From positions 132,928,001 through 132,992,000 of the forward strand of contig OZ024744.1 in assembly GCA_964016885.1 (NCBI GenBank): a DNA stretch of 64,000 nt, read 5' to 3'. Of this stretch, positions 12,926 to 26,809 are shown piece after piece. Each line of letters starts with the position of its first letter. Within the stretch, counting starts at the first letter, position 1. This DNA comes from Eledone cirrhosa (lineage: Eukaryota). The notes beneath the pieces are model-generated. The model ran no database searches and had not been told where the DNA came from. It worked only from the letters and a program-made list of their open reading frames with translations. A program made the translations under genes and the position numbers.

Positions 12926-15900
12926 AACTTAACCCCAACTTAACTTAACCCCAACTTAACTTAACCCCAACATAACTTAACCCCAACTTAAATTAACCCC
13001 AACTTAACTTAAACTCAACTTAACTAACCAACTTAACTTAACCCCAACTTAACTTAACCCCAACTTAACTTAACCCCAACTTAACTTAAACCCAACTTAA
13101 CTTAACCCCAACTTAACTTAACCCCAACTTAACTTAACCCCGACTTAACTTAACCCCAACTTAAATTAACCCCAACTTAACTTAACCCCAACTTAACTTA
13201 ACCCCGACTTAACTTAACCCCAACTTAACTTAACCCCAACTTAACTTAGCCCCAACTTAACTTAGCCCCAACTTAACTTAGCCCCAACTTAACTTAACCC
13301 CAACTTAACTTAACCGCACCTTAACTTAACCCCAACTTAACTTAACCCCAACTTAACTCAACACCAACTTAACTCAACCCCAACTTAACTCAACCCCAAT
13401 TTAACTCAACCCCAACTTAACTCAACCCCAACTTAACTTAACCCCAACTTAACTGAACCCTAACTTAACTTAACCCCGACTTAAATTAAGCCCAACTTAA
13501 CTTAACCCCAACTTAACTCAGCCCCAACTTAACTTAGCCCCAACTTAACTTAACCCCAACTTAACTTAACCCCAACTTAACTTAACCCCAACTTAACTTA
13601 ACCCCAACTTAACTTAACCCCAACTTAACTTAAACCCAACTTAACTTAACCCCAACTTAAATTATCCCCAACTTAACTTATCCCCAACTTAACTTAACCC
13701 CAACTTGACTTAACCCCAACTTAACTTAACCCCAACTTAATTTAACCCCAACTTAACTTAACCCCAACTTAATTCAACCCCAACTTAAATTAACCCCAAC
13801 TTAACTTAACCCCAACTTAACTTAACCCCGACTTAACTTAACCCCAACTTAACTTAACCCCAACTTAACTTAACCCCAACTTAACTTAACCACAAATTAA
13901 CTTAACCCCAACTTAACTTAACCCCAACTTAACTTAACCCCAACTTAACTTAACCCCAACTTAACTTAACCCCAACTTAACTTAAACCTAACTTAACTTA
14001 ACCCCAACTTAACCCCAACTTAACTTGACTCCAACTTAACTTAACCCCAACTTAACTCAACCCCAACTTAACTTAACCCCAACTTAACTCAGCCCCAACT
14101 TAACTCAGCCCCAACTTAACTTAGCCCCAACTTAACTTAACACCAACTTAACTTAACCCCAACTTAACTTAACCCCAACTTAACTTAACCCCAACTTAAC
14201 TTAACCCCAACTTAACTTAACCCCAACTTAACGTACCCCCAACTTAATTTAACCCCAACTTAACTTAACCTCAACTTAACTTAACCCCAACTTAACTTAA
14301 CCCCAACTTAACTTAACCCCAACTTAACCCCAACTTAACTTAACCCCAACTTAATTAACCCCAACTTAAATTAACCCCAACTTAACTTAACACCAACTTA
14401 ACGTAACCCCAACTTAATTTAACCCCAACTTAAATTAACCCCAACTTAACTTGCCCCCAACTTAACTTACCCCCAACTTAACTTAACCCCAACTTAATTT
14501 AACCCCAACTTAATTTAACCCCAACTTAACTTAAACCCAACTTAACTTAACCCCAACTTAACTTAACCCCAAATTAACTCAACCCCAACTTAACTCAAAC
14601 CCAACTTAACTTAACCCCAACTTAACTTAACCCCAACTTAACTTAACCACAAATTAACTTAGCCCCAACTTAAATTAACCCCAACTTAACTCAACCACAA
14701 CTTAACTTAACCCCGACTTAACTTAACCCCACCTTAACTTAACCTCAACTTAACTTAACTGCAACTTAACTTAACCCCAACTTAACTTAACCCCAACTTA
14801 ACTCAACACCAACTTAACTCAACCCCAACTTAACTCAACGCCAATTTAACTCAACCCCAACTTAACTCAACCCCAATTTAACTTAACCCCAACTTAACTT
14901 GACCCCAACTTAACTTAACCCCAACTTAACTTAAACCCAACTTAACTTAACCCCAACTTAACTTAACCCCAACTTAACTTAACCCCAAATTAAATTAACC
15001 TCAACTTAACTTAACCCCAACTTAACTTAACCCCGACTTAACTTAACCCCAACTTAACTTAACCCCAACTTAACTTAGCCCCACCTTAACTTAGCCCCAA
15101 CTTAACTTAGCCCCAACTTAACTTAACCCCAACTTAACTTAACCGCACCTTAACTTAACCTCAACTTAACTTAACTGCAACTTAACTTAACCCCAACTTA
15201 ACTTAACCCCAACTTAACTCAAAACCAACTTAACTCAACCCCAACTTAACTCAACCCCAATTTAACTCAACCCCAACTTAACTCAACCCCAACTTAACTT
15301 AACCCCAACTTAACTGAACCCTAACTTAACATAACCCCGACTTAACTTAACCCCGACTTAACTTAACCCCAACTTAACTTAACCCCAACTTAACTTAACC
15401 CCAACTTAACTTAACCCCAACTTAATTTAACCCCATCTTAACCCCAACTTATCTTAACCCCAACTTAACTGAACCCCAACTTAATTTAACCCCAACTTAA
15501 ATAAACCCCAACTTAACTTAACCCCAACTTAACTTAACCCCAGCTTAACTTAACCCCAACTTAACTCAGCCCCAACTTAACTTAGCCCCAACTTAACTTA
15601 ACCCCAACTTAACTTAACCCCAACTTAACTTAACCCCAACTTAACTTAACCCCAACTTAACTTAACCCCAACTTAACTTAAACCCAACTTAACTTAACCC
15701 CAACTTAAATTATCCCCAACTTAACTTATCCTCAACTTAACTTAACCCCAACTTAACTTAACCCCAACTTAACTTAACCCCAACTTAACTTAAACCTAAC
15801 TTAACTTAACCCCAACTTAACCCCAACTTAACTTGACCCCAACTTAACTTAAGCCCAACTTAACTCAGCCCCAACTTAACTCAGCCCCAACTTAAATTAG

Positions 15901-18900
15901 CCCCAACTTAACTTAACACCAACTTAACTTAACCCCAACTTAACTTAACCCCAACTTAACTTAACCCCAACTTAACTTATCCCCAACTTAACTGAACCCC
16001 AACTTAACTTAACCCCAACTTAATATAACCCCAACTTAACTTAACCCCAACTTAACTCAACCCCAACTTAAATTAACCCCAACTTAAATTAACCCCAACT
16101 TAACTTAACCCCAACTTAATTAACCCCAACTTAAATTAACCCCAACTTAACTTAACACCAATTTAACGTAACCCCAACTTAAATAAACCCCAACTTAAAT
16201 TAACCCCAACTTAACTTAACCCCAACTTAACTTAACCCCAACTTAACTCAGCCCCAACTTAACTTAGCCCCAACTTAACTTAACCCCAACTTAACTTAAC
16301 CCCAACTTAATTTAACCCCAACTTAACTTAACCTCAACTTAACTTAACCCCAACTTAACTTAACGCCATCTTAACTTAACCCCAACTTAACTTAACCCCA
16401 ACTTAACTTAACCCCAACTTAAATTAACCCCAACTTAACTTAACCCCAACTTAACTTAACCCCGACTTAACTTAACCCCAACTTAACTTAACCCCAACTT
16501 AACTTAACCCCAACTTAACTTAACCACAAATTAACTTAACCCCAACTTAACTTAACCCCAACTTAACTTAACCCCAACTTAACTTAACCCCAACTTAACT
16601 TAACCCCGACTTAACTTAACCCTAACTTAACTTAACCCCAACTTAACCCCGACTTAACTTGACCCCAACTTAACTTAACCCCAACTTAACTCAACCCCAA
16701 CTTAACTTAACCCCAACTTAACTCAGCCCCAACTTAACTCAGCCCCAACTTAACTTAGCCACAACTTAACTTAACACCAACTTAACTTAACCCCAACTTA
16801 ACTTAACCCCAACTTAACTCAATCCCAACTTAAATTAACCCCATCTTAACTTAACCCCAACTTAACTTAACCCCAACTTAATTAACCCCAACTTAAATTA
16901 ACCCCAACTTAACTTAACACCAACTTAACGTAAGCCCAACTTAAATAAACCCCAACTTAAATTAACCCCAACTTAACTTAACCCCAACTTAACTTAACCC
17001 CAACTTAACTCAGCCCCAACTTAACTTAGCCTCAACTTAACTTAACCCCAACTTAACTTAACCCCAACTTAACTTATCCCCAACTTAACTTAACCCCAAC
17101 TTAACTTAAACCCAACTTTACTTAACCCCGACTTAAATTATCCCCAACTTAACTTATCCCCAACTTAACTTAACCCCAACTTAACTTAACCCCAACTTAA
17201 CTTAACCCCAACTTAATTTAACCCCAACTTAACTTAACCCCAACTTAACTTAACCCCAACTTAACTTAACCACAAATTAACTTAACCCCAACTTAACTTA
17301 ACCCCAACTTAACTTAACCCCAACTTAACTTAACCCCAACTTAACTTAACCCCAACTTAACTTAAACCTAACTTAACTTAACCCCAACTTAACCCCAACT
17401 TAACTTGACCCCAACTTAACTTAACCCCAACTTAACTCAACCCCAACTTAACTTAACCCCAACTTAACTCAGCCCCAACTTAACTCAGCCCCAACTTAAC
17501 TTAGCCCCAACTTAACTTAACCCCAACTTAACTTATCCCCAACTTAACTGAACCCCAACTTAACTTAACCCCAACTTAATATAACCCCAACTTAACTTAA
17601 CCCCAACTTAACTCAACCGCAACTTAAATTAACCCCATCTTAACTTAACCCCAACTTAACTTAACCCCAACTTAATTAACCCCAACTTAAATTAACCCCA
17701 ACTTAACTTAACACCAACTTAACGTAACCCCAACTTAAATAAACCCCAACTTAAATTAATCCCAACTTAACTTAACCCCAACTTAACTTAACCCCAACTT
17801 AACTCAGCGCCAACTTAACTTAGCCACAACTTAACTTAACACCAACTTAACTTAACCCCAACTTAACTTAACCCCAACTTAACTTAACCCCAACTTAACT
17901 TATCCCCAACTTAACTGAACCCCAACTTAACTTAACCCCAACTTAATATAACCCCAACTTAACTTAACCCCAACTTAACTCAACCCCAACTTAAATTAAC
18001 CCCATCTTAACTTAACCCCAACTTAACTTAACCCCAACTTAATTAACCCCAACTTAAATTAACCCCAACTTAACTTAACACCAACTTAACGTAACCCCAA
18101 CTTAAATAAACCCCAACTTAAATTAACCCCAACTTAACTTAACCCCAACTTAACTTAACCCCGACTTAACTTAACCCCAACTTAACTTAAGCCCAACTTA
18201 ACTTAACCCCAACTTAACTTAACCACAAATTAACTTAACCCCAACTTAACTTAACCCCAACTTAACTTAACCCCAACTTAACTTAACCCCAACTTAACTT
18301 AAACCTAACTTAACTTAACCCCAACTTAACCCCAACTTAACTTGACCCCAACTTAACTTAACCCCAACTTAAATTAACCCCAACTTAACTTAAACCCAAC
18401 TTAACTTAACCCCGACTTAACTTAACCCCAACTTAACTTAACCCCAACTTAACTTAACCCCAACTTAACTTAACCACAAATTAACTTAACCCCAACTTAA
18501 CTTAACCCCAACTTAATTTAACCCCAACTTAACTTAACCCCAACTTAACTTGACCCCAACTTAACTTAAGCCCAACTTAACTCAGCCCCAACTTAACTCA
18601 GCCCCAACTTAAATTAGCCCCAACTTAACTGAACCCCAACTTAACTTAACCCCAACTTAATATAACCCCAACTTAACTTAACCCCAACTTAACTCAACCC
18701 CAACTTAAATTAACCCCAACTTAAATTAACCCCAACTTAACTTAACCCCAACTTAATTAACCCCAACTTAAATTAACCCCAACTTAACTTAACACCAATT
18801 TAACGTAACCCCAACTTAAATAAACCCCAACTTAAATTAACCCCAACTTAACTTAACCCCAACTTAACTTAACCCCAACTTAACTCAGCCCCAACTTAAC

Positions 18901-20434
18901 TTAGCCCCAACTTAACTTAACCCCAACTTAACTTAACCCCAACTTAACTTAACCCCAACTTAACTTATCCCCAACTTAACTTATCCCCAACTTAACTTAA
19001 ACCCAACTTAACTTAACCCCAACTTAAATTATCCCCAACTTAACTTATCCCCAACTTAACTTAACCCCAACTTAACTTAACCCCAACTTAACTTAACCCC
19101 AACTTAATTTAACCCCAACTTAACTTAACCTCAACTTAACTTAACCCCAACTTAACTTAACCCCAACTTAACTTAACCCCAACTTAACTTAACCCCAACT
19201 TAACTTAACCCCAACTTAAATTAACCCCAACTTAACTTAACCCCAACTTAACTTAACCCCGACTTAACTTAACCCCAACTTAACTTAACCCCAACTTAAC
19301 TTAACCCCAACTTAACTTAACCACAAATTAACTTAACCCCAACTTAACTTAACCCCAACTTAACTTAACCCCAACGTAACCCCAACTTAACTTGACCCCA
19401 ACTTAACTTAACCCCAACTTAACTCAACCCCAACTTAACTTAACCCCAACTTAACTCAGCCCCAACTTAACTCAGCCCCAACTTAACTTAGCCCCAGCTT
19501 AACTCAACACCAACTTAACTTAACCCCACCTTAACTTAACCCCAACTTAACTTAACCCCAACTTAACTTATCCCCAACTTAACTGAACCCCAACTTAACT
19601 TAACCCCAACTTAATATAACCCCAAATTAACTTAACCCCAACTTAACTCAACCCCAACTTAAATTAACCCCAACTTAACTTAACCCCAACTTAACTTAAC
19701 CCCAACTTAATTAACCCCAACTTAAATTAACCCCAACTTAACTTAACACCAACTTAACGTAACCCCAACTTAATTTAACCCCAACTTAAATTAACCCCAA
19801 CTTAACTTGCCCCCAAATTAACTTACCCCCAACTTAACTTAACCCCAACTTAATTTAACCCCAACTTAATTTAACCCCAACTTAACTTAAACCCAACTTA
19901 ACTTAACCCCAACTTAACTTAACCCCAAATTAACTCAACCCCAACTTAACTCAACCCCAACTTAACTTAACCCCAACTTAACTTAACCCCAACTTAACTT
20001 AACCACAAATTAACTTAGCCCCAACTTAAATTAACCCCAACTTAAATCAACCACAACTTAACTTAACCCCGACTAAACTTAACCCCAACTTAACTTAACC
20101 CCAACTTCACTCAACCCCAACTTAACTCAACCCCAACTTAACCCCAACTTAACTTAATCCCAACTTAACTTAACCACAAAGTTAACTTAACCCTAATTTA
20201 AATTAACCCCAACTTAACTTAACCCCAACTTAACATAACCACCACTTAATTAACCCCAACTTAACTCAACCCCAACTTAACTTAACCCTAACTTAACTTA
20301 ACCCCAACTTAACCGCAACTTAACTTAACCCCACCTTAACTTACCCCCAACTTAACTTACCCCCAACTTAACTGAACCCCAACTTAAGTTAAGCCTAACT
20401 TAACTTAACGCCAACTTAACTTAACCCCGACTTA

Positions 20435-20607
20435 GGGCTTAAGTTAAGTTGGGGCTAAGTTAAGTTGGGGTTAAGTCAAGTTGGAAGTTGGGGTTGAGTG
20501 AAGTTGGGGTTAAGTTAAGTTGGGGTTGAGTGAAGTTGGGGTTAAGTTAAGTTGGGGTTGAGTTACGTTGGGGTTGAGTGAAGTTGGGGTTAAGTTAAGT
20601 TGGGGTT
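20435..20607 (-). repeat. 173-bp inverted segment (copy 2)
   Basis: Same sequence and junctions as 12726-12898, offset 7709 bp. Confidence 0.97.
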
Positions 20608-23600
20608 AACCCCAACTTAACTTAACCCCAACTTAACTTAACCCCAACTTAACTTAACCCCAACTTAACTTAACCCCAACATAACTTAACCCCAACTTAA
20701 ATTAACCCCAACTTAACTTAAACTCAACTTAACTAACCAACTTAACTTAACCCCAACTTAACTTAACCCCAACTTAACTTAACCCCAACTTAACTTAAAC
20801 CCAACTTAACTTAACCCCAACTTAACTTAACCCCAACTTAACTTAACCCCGACTTAACTTAACCCCAACTTAAATTAACCCCAACTTAACTTAACCCCAA
20901 CTTAACTTAACCCCGACTTAACTTAACCCCAACTTAACTTAACCCCAACTTAACTTAGCCCCAACTTAACTTAGCCCCAACTTAACTTAGCCCCAACTTA
21001 ACTTAACCCCAACTTAACTTAACCGCACCTTAACTTAACCCCAACTTAACTTAACCCCAACTTAACTCAACACCAACTTAACTCAACGCCAACTTAACTC
21101 AACCCCAATTTAACTCAACCCCAACTTAACTCAACCCCAACTTAACTTAACCCCAACTTAACTGAACCCTAACTTAACTTAACCCCGACTTAAATTAAGC
21201 CCAACTTAACTTAACCCCAACTTAACTCAGCCCCAACTTAACTTAGCCCCAACTTAACTTAACCCCAACTTAACTTAACCCCAACTTAACTTAACCCCAA
21301 CTTAACTTAACCCCAACTTAACTTAACCCCAACTTAACTTAAACCCAACTTAACTTAACCCCAACTTAAATTATCCCCAACTTAACTTATCCCCAACTTA
21401 ACTTAACCCCAACTTGACTTAACCCCAACTTAACTTAACCCCAACTTAATTTAACCCCAACTTAACTTAACCCCAACTTAATTCAACCCCAACTTAAATT
21501 AACCCCAACTTAACTTAACCCCAACTTAACTTAACCCCGACTTAACTTAACCCCAACTTAACTTAACCCCAACTTAACTTAACCCCAACTTAACTTAACC
21601 ACAAATTAACTTAACCCCAACTTAACTTAACCCCAACTTAACTTAACCCCAACTTAACTTAACCCCAACTTAACTTAACCCCAACTTAACTTAAACCTAA
21701 CTTAACTTAACCCCAACTTAACCCCAACTTAACTTGACTCCAACTTAACTTAACCCCAACTTAACTCAACCCCAACTTAACTTAACCCCAACTTAACTCA
21801 GCCCCAACTTAACTCAGCCCCAACTTAACTTAGCCCCAACTTAACTTAACACCAACTTAACTTAACCCCAACTTAACTTAACCCCAACTTAACTTAACCC
21901 CAACTTAACTTAACCCCAACTTAACTTAACCCCAACTTAACGTACCCCCAACTTAATTTAACCCCAACTTAACTTAACCTCAACTTAACTTAACCCCAAC
22001 TTAACTTAACCCCAACTTAACTTAACCCCAACTTAACCCCAACTTAACTTAACCCCAACTTAATTAACCCCAACTTAAATTAACCCCAACTTAACTTAAC
22101 ACCAACTTAACGTAACCCCAACTTAATTTAACCCCAACTTAAATTAACCCCAACTTAACTTGCCCCCAACTTAACTTACCCCCAACTTAACTTAACCCCA
22201 ACTTAATTTAACCCCAACTTAATTTAACCCCAACTTAACTTAAACCCAACTTAACTTAACCCCAACTTAACTTAACCCCAAATTAACTCAACCCCAACTT
22301 AACTCAAACCCAACTTAACTTAACCCCAACTTAACTTAACCCCAACTTAACTTAACCACAAATTAACTTAGCCCCAACTTAAATTAACCCCAACTTAACT
22401 CAACCACAACTTAACTTAACCCCGACTTAACTTAACCCCACCTTAACTTAACCTCAACTTAACTTAACTGCAACTTAACTTAACCCCAACTTAACTTAAC
22501 CCCAACTTAACTCAACACCAACTTAACTCAACCCCAACTTAACTCAACGCCAATTTAACTCAACCCCAACTTAACTCAACCCCAACTTAACTTAACCCCA
22601 ACTTAACTTGACCCCAACTTAACTTAACCCCAACTTAACTTAAACCCAACTTAACTTAACCCCAACTTAACTTAACCCCAACTTAACTTAACCCCAAATT
22701 AAATTAACCTCAACTTAACTTAACCCCAACTTAACTTAACCCCGACTTAACTTAACCCCAACTTAACTTAACCCCAACTTAACTTAGCCCCACCTTAACT
22801 TAGCCCCAACTTAACTTAGCCCCAACTTAACTTAACCCCAACTTAACTTAACCGCACCTTAACTTAACCCCAACTTAACTTAACCCCAACTTAACTCAAA
22901 ACCAACTTAACTCAACCCCAACTTAACTCAACCCCAATTTAACTCAACCCCAACTTAACTCAACCCCAACTTAACTTAACCCCAACTTAACTGAACCCTA
23001 ACTTAACTTAACCCCGACTTAACTTAACCCCGACTTAACTTAACCCCAACTTAACTTAACCCCAACTTAACTTAACCCCAACTTAACTTAACCCCAACTT
23101 AATTTAACCCCATCTTAACCCCAACTTATCTTAACCCCAACTTAACTGAACCCCAACTTAATTTAACCCCAACTTAAATAAACCCCAACTTAACTTAACC
23201 CCAACTTAACTTAACCCCAAATTAACTTAACCCCAACTTAACTCAGCCCCAACTTAACTTAGCCCCAACTTAACTTAACCCCAACTTAACTTAACCCCAA
23301 CTTAATTTAACCCCAACTTAACTTAACCTCAACTTAACTTAACCCCAACTTAACTTAACCCCATCTTAACTTAACCCCAACTTAACTTAACCCCAACTTA
23401 ACTTAACCCCAACTTAAATAACCCCAACTTAACTTAACCCCAACTTAACTTAACCCCGACTTAACTTAACCCCAACTTAACTTAACCCCAACTTAACTTA
23501 ACCCCAACTTAACTTAACCACAAATTAACTTAACCCCAACTTAAATTAACCCCAACTTAACTTAACCCCAACTTAACTTAACCCCAACTTAACTTAACCC

Positions 23601-26600
23601 CAACTTAACTTAAACCTAACTTAACTTAACCCCAACTTAACCCCAACTTAACTTGACCCCAACTTAACTTAACCCCAACTTAACTCAACCCCAACTTAAC
23701 TTAACCCCAACTTAACTCAGCCCCAACTTAACTCAGCCCCAACTTAACTTAGCCACAACTTAACTTAACACCAACTTAACTTAACCCCAACTTAACTTAA
23801 CCCCAACTTAACTTAACCCCAACTTAACTTATCCCCAACTTAACTGAACCCCAACTTAACTTAACCCCAACTTAATATAACCCCAACTTAACTTAACCCC
23901 AACTTAACTCAACCGCAACTTAAATTAACCCCATCTTAACTTAACCCCAACTTAACTTAACCCCAACTTAATTAACCCCAACTTAAATTAACCCCAACTT
24001 AACTTAACACCAACTTAACGTAACCCCAACTTAAATAAACCCCAACTTAAATTAATCCCAACTTAACTTAACCCCAACTTAACTTAACCCCAACTTAACT
24101 CAGCGCCAACTTAACTTAGCCACAACTTAACTTAACACCAACTTAACTTAACCCCAACTTAACTTAACCCCAACTTAACTTAACCCCAACTTAACTTATC
24201 CCCAACTTAACTGAACCCCAACTTAACTTAACCCCAACTTAATATAACCCCAACTTAACTTAACCCCAACTTAACTCAACCCCAACTTAAATTAACCCCA
24301 TCTTAACTTAACCCCAACTTAACTTAACCCCAACTTAATTAACCCCAACTTAAATTAACCCCAACTTAACTTAACACCAACTTAACGTAACCCCAACTTA
24401 AATAAACCCCAACTTAAATTAACCCCAACTTAACTTAACCCCAACTTAACTTAACCCCGACTTAACTTAACCCCAACTTAACTTAAGCCCAACTTAACTT
24501 AACCCCAACTTAACTTAACCACAAATTAACTTAACCCCAACTTAACTTAACCCCAACTTAACTTAACCCCAACTTAACTTAACCCCAACTTAACTTAAAC
24601 CTAACTTAACTTAACCCCAACTTAACCCCAACTTAACTTGACCCCAACTTAACTTAACCCCAACTTAAATTAACCCCAACTTAACTTAACCCCAACTTAA
24701 CTTAACCCCGACTTAACTTAACCCCAACTTAACTTAACCCCAACTTAACTTAACCCCAACTTAACTTAACCACAAATTAACTTAACCCCAACTTAACTTA
24801 ACCCCAACTTAATTTAACCCCAACTTAACTTAACCCCAACTTAACTTAACCCCAACTTAACTTAAACCTAACTTAACTTAACCCCAACTTAACCCCAACT
24901 TAACTTGACCCCAACTTAACTTAACCCCAACTTAACTCAGCCCCAACTTAACTCAGCCCCAACTTAAATTAGCCCCAACTTAACTTAACACCAACTTAAC
25001 TTAACCCCAACTTAACTTAACTCCAACTTAACTTAACCCCAACTTAACTTATCCCCAACTTAACTGAACCCCAACTTAACTTAACCCCAACTTAATATAA
25101 CCCCAACTTAACTTAACCCCAACTTAACTCAACCCCAACTTAAATTAACCCCAACTTAAATTAACCCCAACTTAACTTAACCCCAACTTAATTAACCCCA
25201 ACTTAAATTAACCCCAACTTAACTTAACACCAATTTAACGTAACCCCAACATAAATAAACCCCAACTTAAATTAACCCCAACTTAACTTAACCCCAACTT
25301 AACTTAACCCCAACTTAACTCAGCCCCAACTTAACTTAGCTCCAACTTAACTTAACCCCAACTTAACTTAACCCCAACTTAACTTAACCCCAACTTAACT
25401 TATCCCCAACTTAACTTATCCCCAACTTAACTTAAACCCAACTTAACTTAACCCCAACTTAAATTATCCCCAACTTAACTTATCCCCAACTTAACTTAAC
25501 CCCAACTTAACTTAACCCCAACTTAACTTAACCCCAACTTAATTTAACCCCAACTTAACTTAACCTCAACTTAACTTAACCCCAACTTAACTTAACCCCA
25601 ACTTAACTTAACCCCAACTTAAATTAACCCCAACTTAACTTAACCCCAACTTAACTTAACCCCGACTTAACTTAACCCCAACTTAACTTAACCCCAACTT
25701 AAATTAACCCCAACTTAACTTAACCACAAATTAACTTAACCCCAACTTAACTTAACCCCAACTTAACTTAACCCCAACTTAACTTAACCCCAACTTAACT
25801 TAACCCCAACTTAACTTAAACCTAACTTAACTTAACCCCAACTTAACCCCAACTTAACTTGACCCCAACTTAACTTAACCCCAACTTAACTCAACCCCAA
25901 CTTAACTTAACCCCAATTTAACTCAGCCCCAACTTAACTCAGCCCCAACTTAACTTAGCCCCAACTTAACTTAACACCAACTTAACTTAACCCCAACTTA
26001 ACTTAACCCCAACTTAACTTAACCCCAACTTAACCTATCCCCAACTTAACTGAACTCCAACTTAACTCAACCCCAACTTAAACTAACCCCAACTTAACTT
26101 AACCCCAACTTAACTTAACCCCAACTTAATTAACCCCAACTTAAATTAACCCAAACTTAACTTAACACCAACTTAACGTAACCCCAACTTAATTTAACCC
26201 CAACTTAAATTAACCCCAACTTAACTTGCCCCCAACTTAACTTACCCCCAACTTAACTTCACCCCACCTTAATTTAACCCCAACTTAATTTAACCCCTAC
26301 TTAACTTAAACCCAACTTAACTTAACCCCAACTTAACTTAACCCCAAATTAACTCAACCCCAACTTAACTCAACCCCAACTTAACTTAACCCCAACTTAA
26401 CTTAACCCCAACTTAACTTAACCACAAATTAACTTAGCCCCAACTTAAATTAACCCCAACTTAACTCAACCACAACTTAACTTAACCCCGACTTAACTTA
26501 ACCCCACCTTAACTTAACCTCAACTTAACTTAACTGCAACTTAACTTAACCCCAACTTAACTTAACCCCAACTTAACTCAACACCAACTTAACTCAACCC

Positions 26601-26809
26601 CAACTTAACTCAACGCCAATTTAACTCAACCCCAACTTAACTCAACCCCAACTTAACTTAACCCCAACTTAACTGAACCCTAACTTAACTTAACCCCGAC
26701 TTAAATTAACCCCGACTTAACTTAACCCCAACTTAACTTAACCCCAACTTAACTTAACCCCAACTTAACTTAACCCCAACTTAACTTAACCCCAACTTAA
26801 ATTAACCCC

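Larger units (their letters stand above)
8570..23290 (+). repeat. 7709-bp-offset near-tandem duplication carrying inversion copies 1 and 2 (about 8570-15600 and 16280-23290)
   Basis: Constant 7709 offset for markers 8942/16651, 10100/17809, 10861/18570, 11662/19371, 12726/20435, 14231/21940 and 15082/22791. A 2-monomer deletion near 22870 shifts the offset afterwards. Confidence 0.92.
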
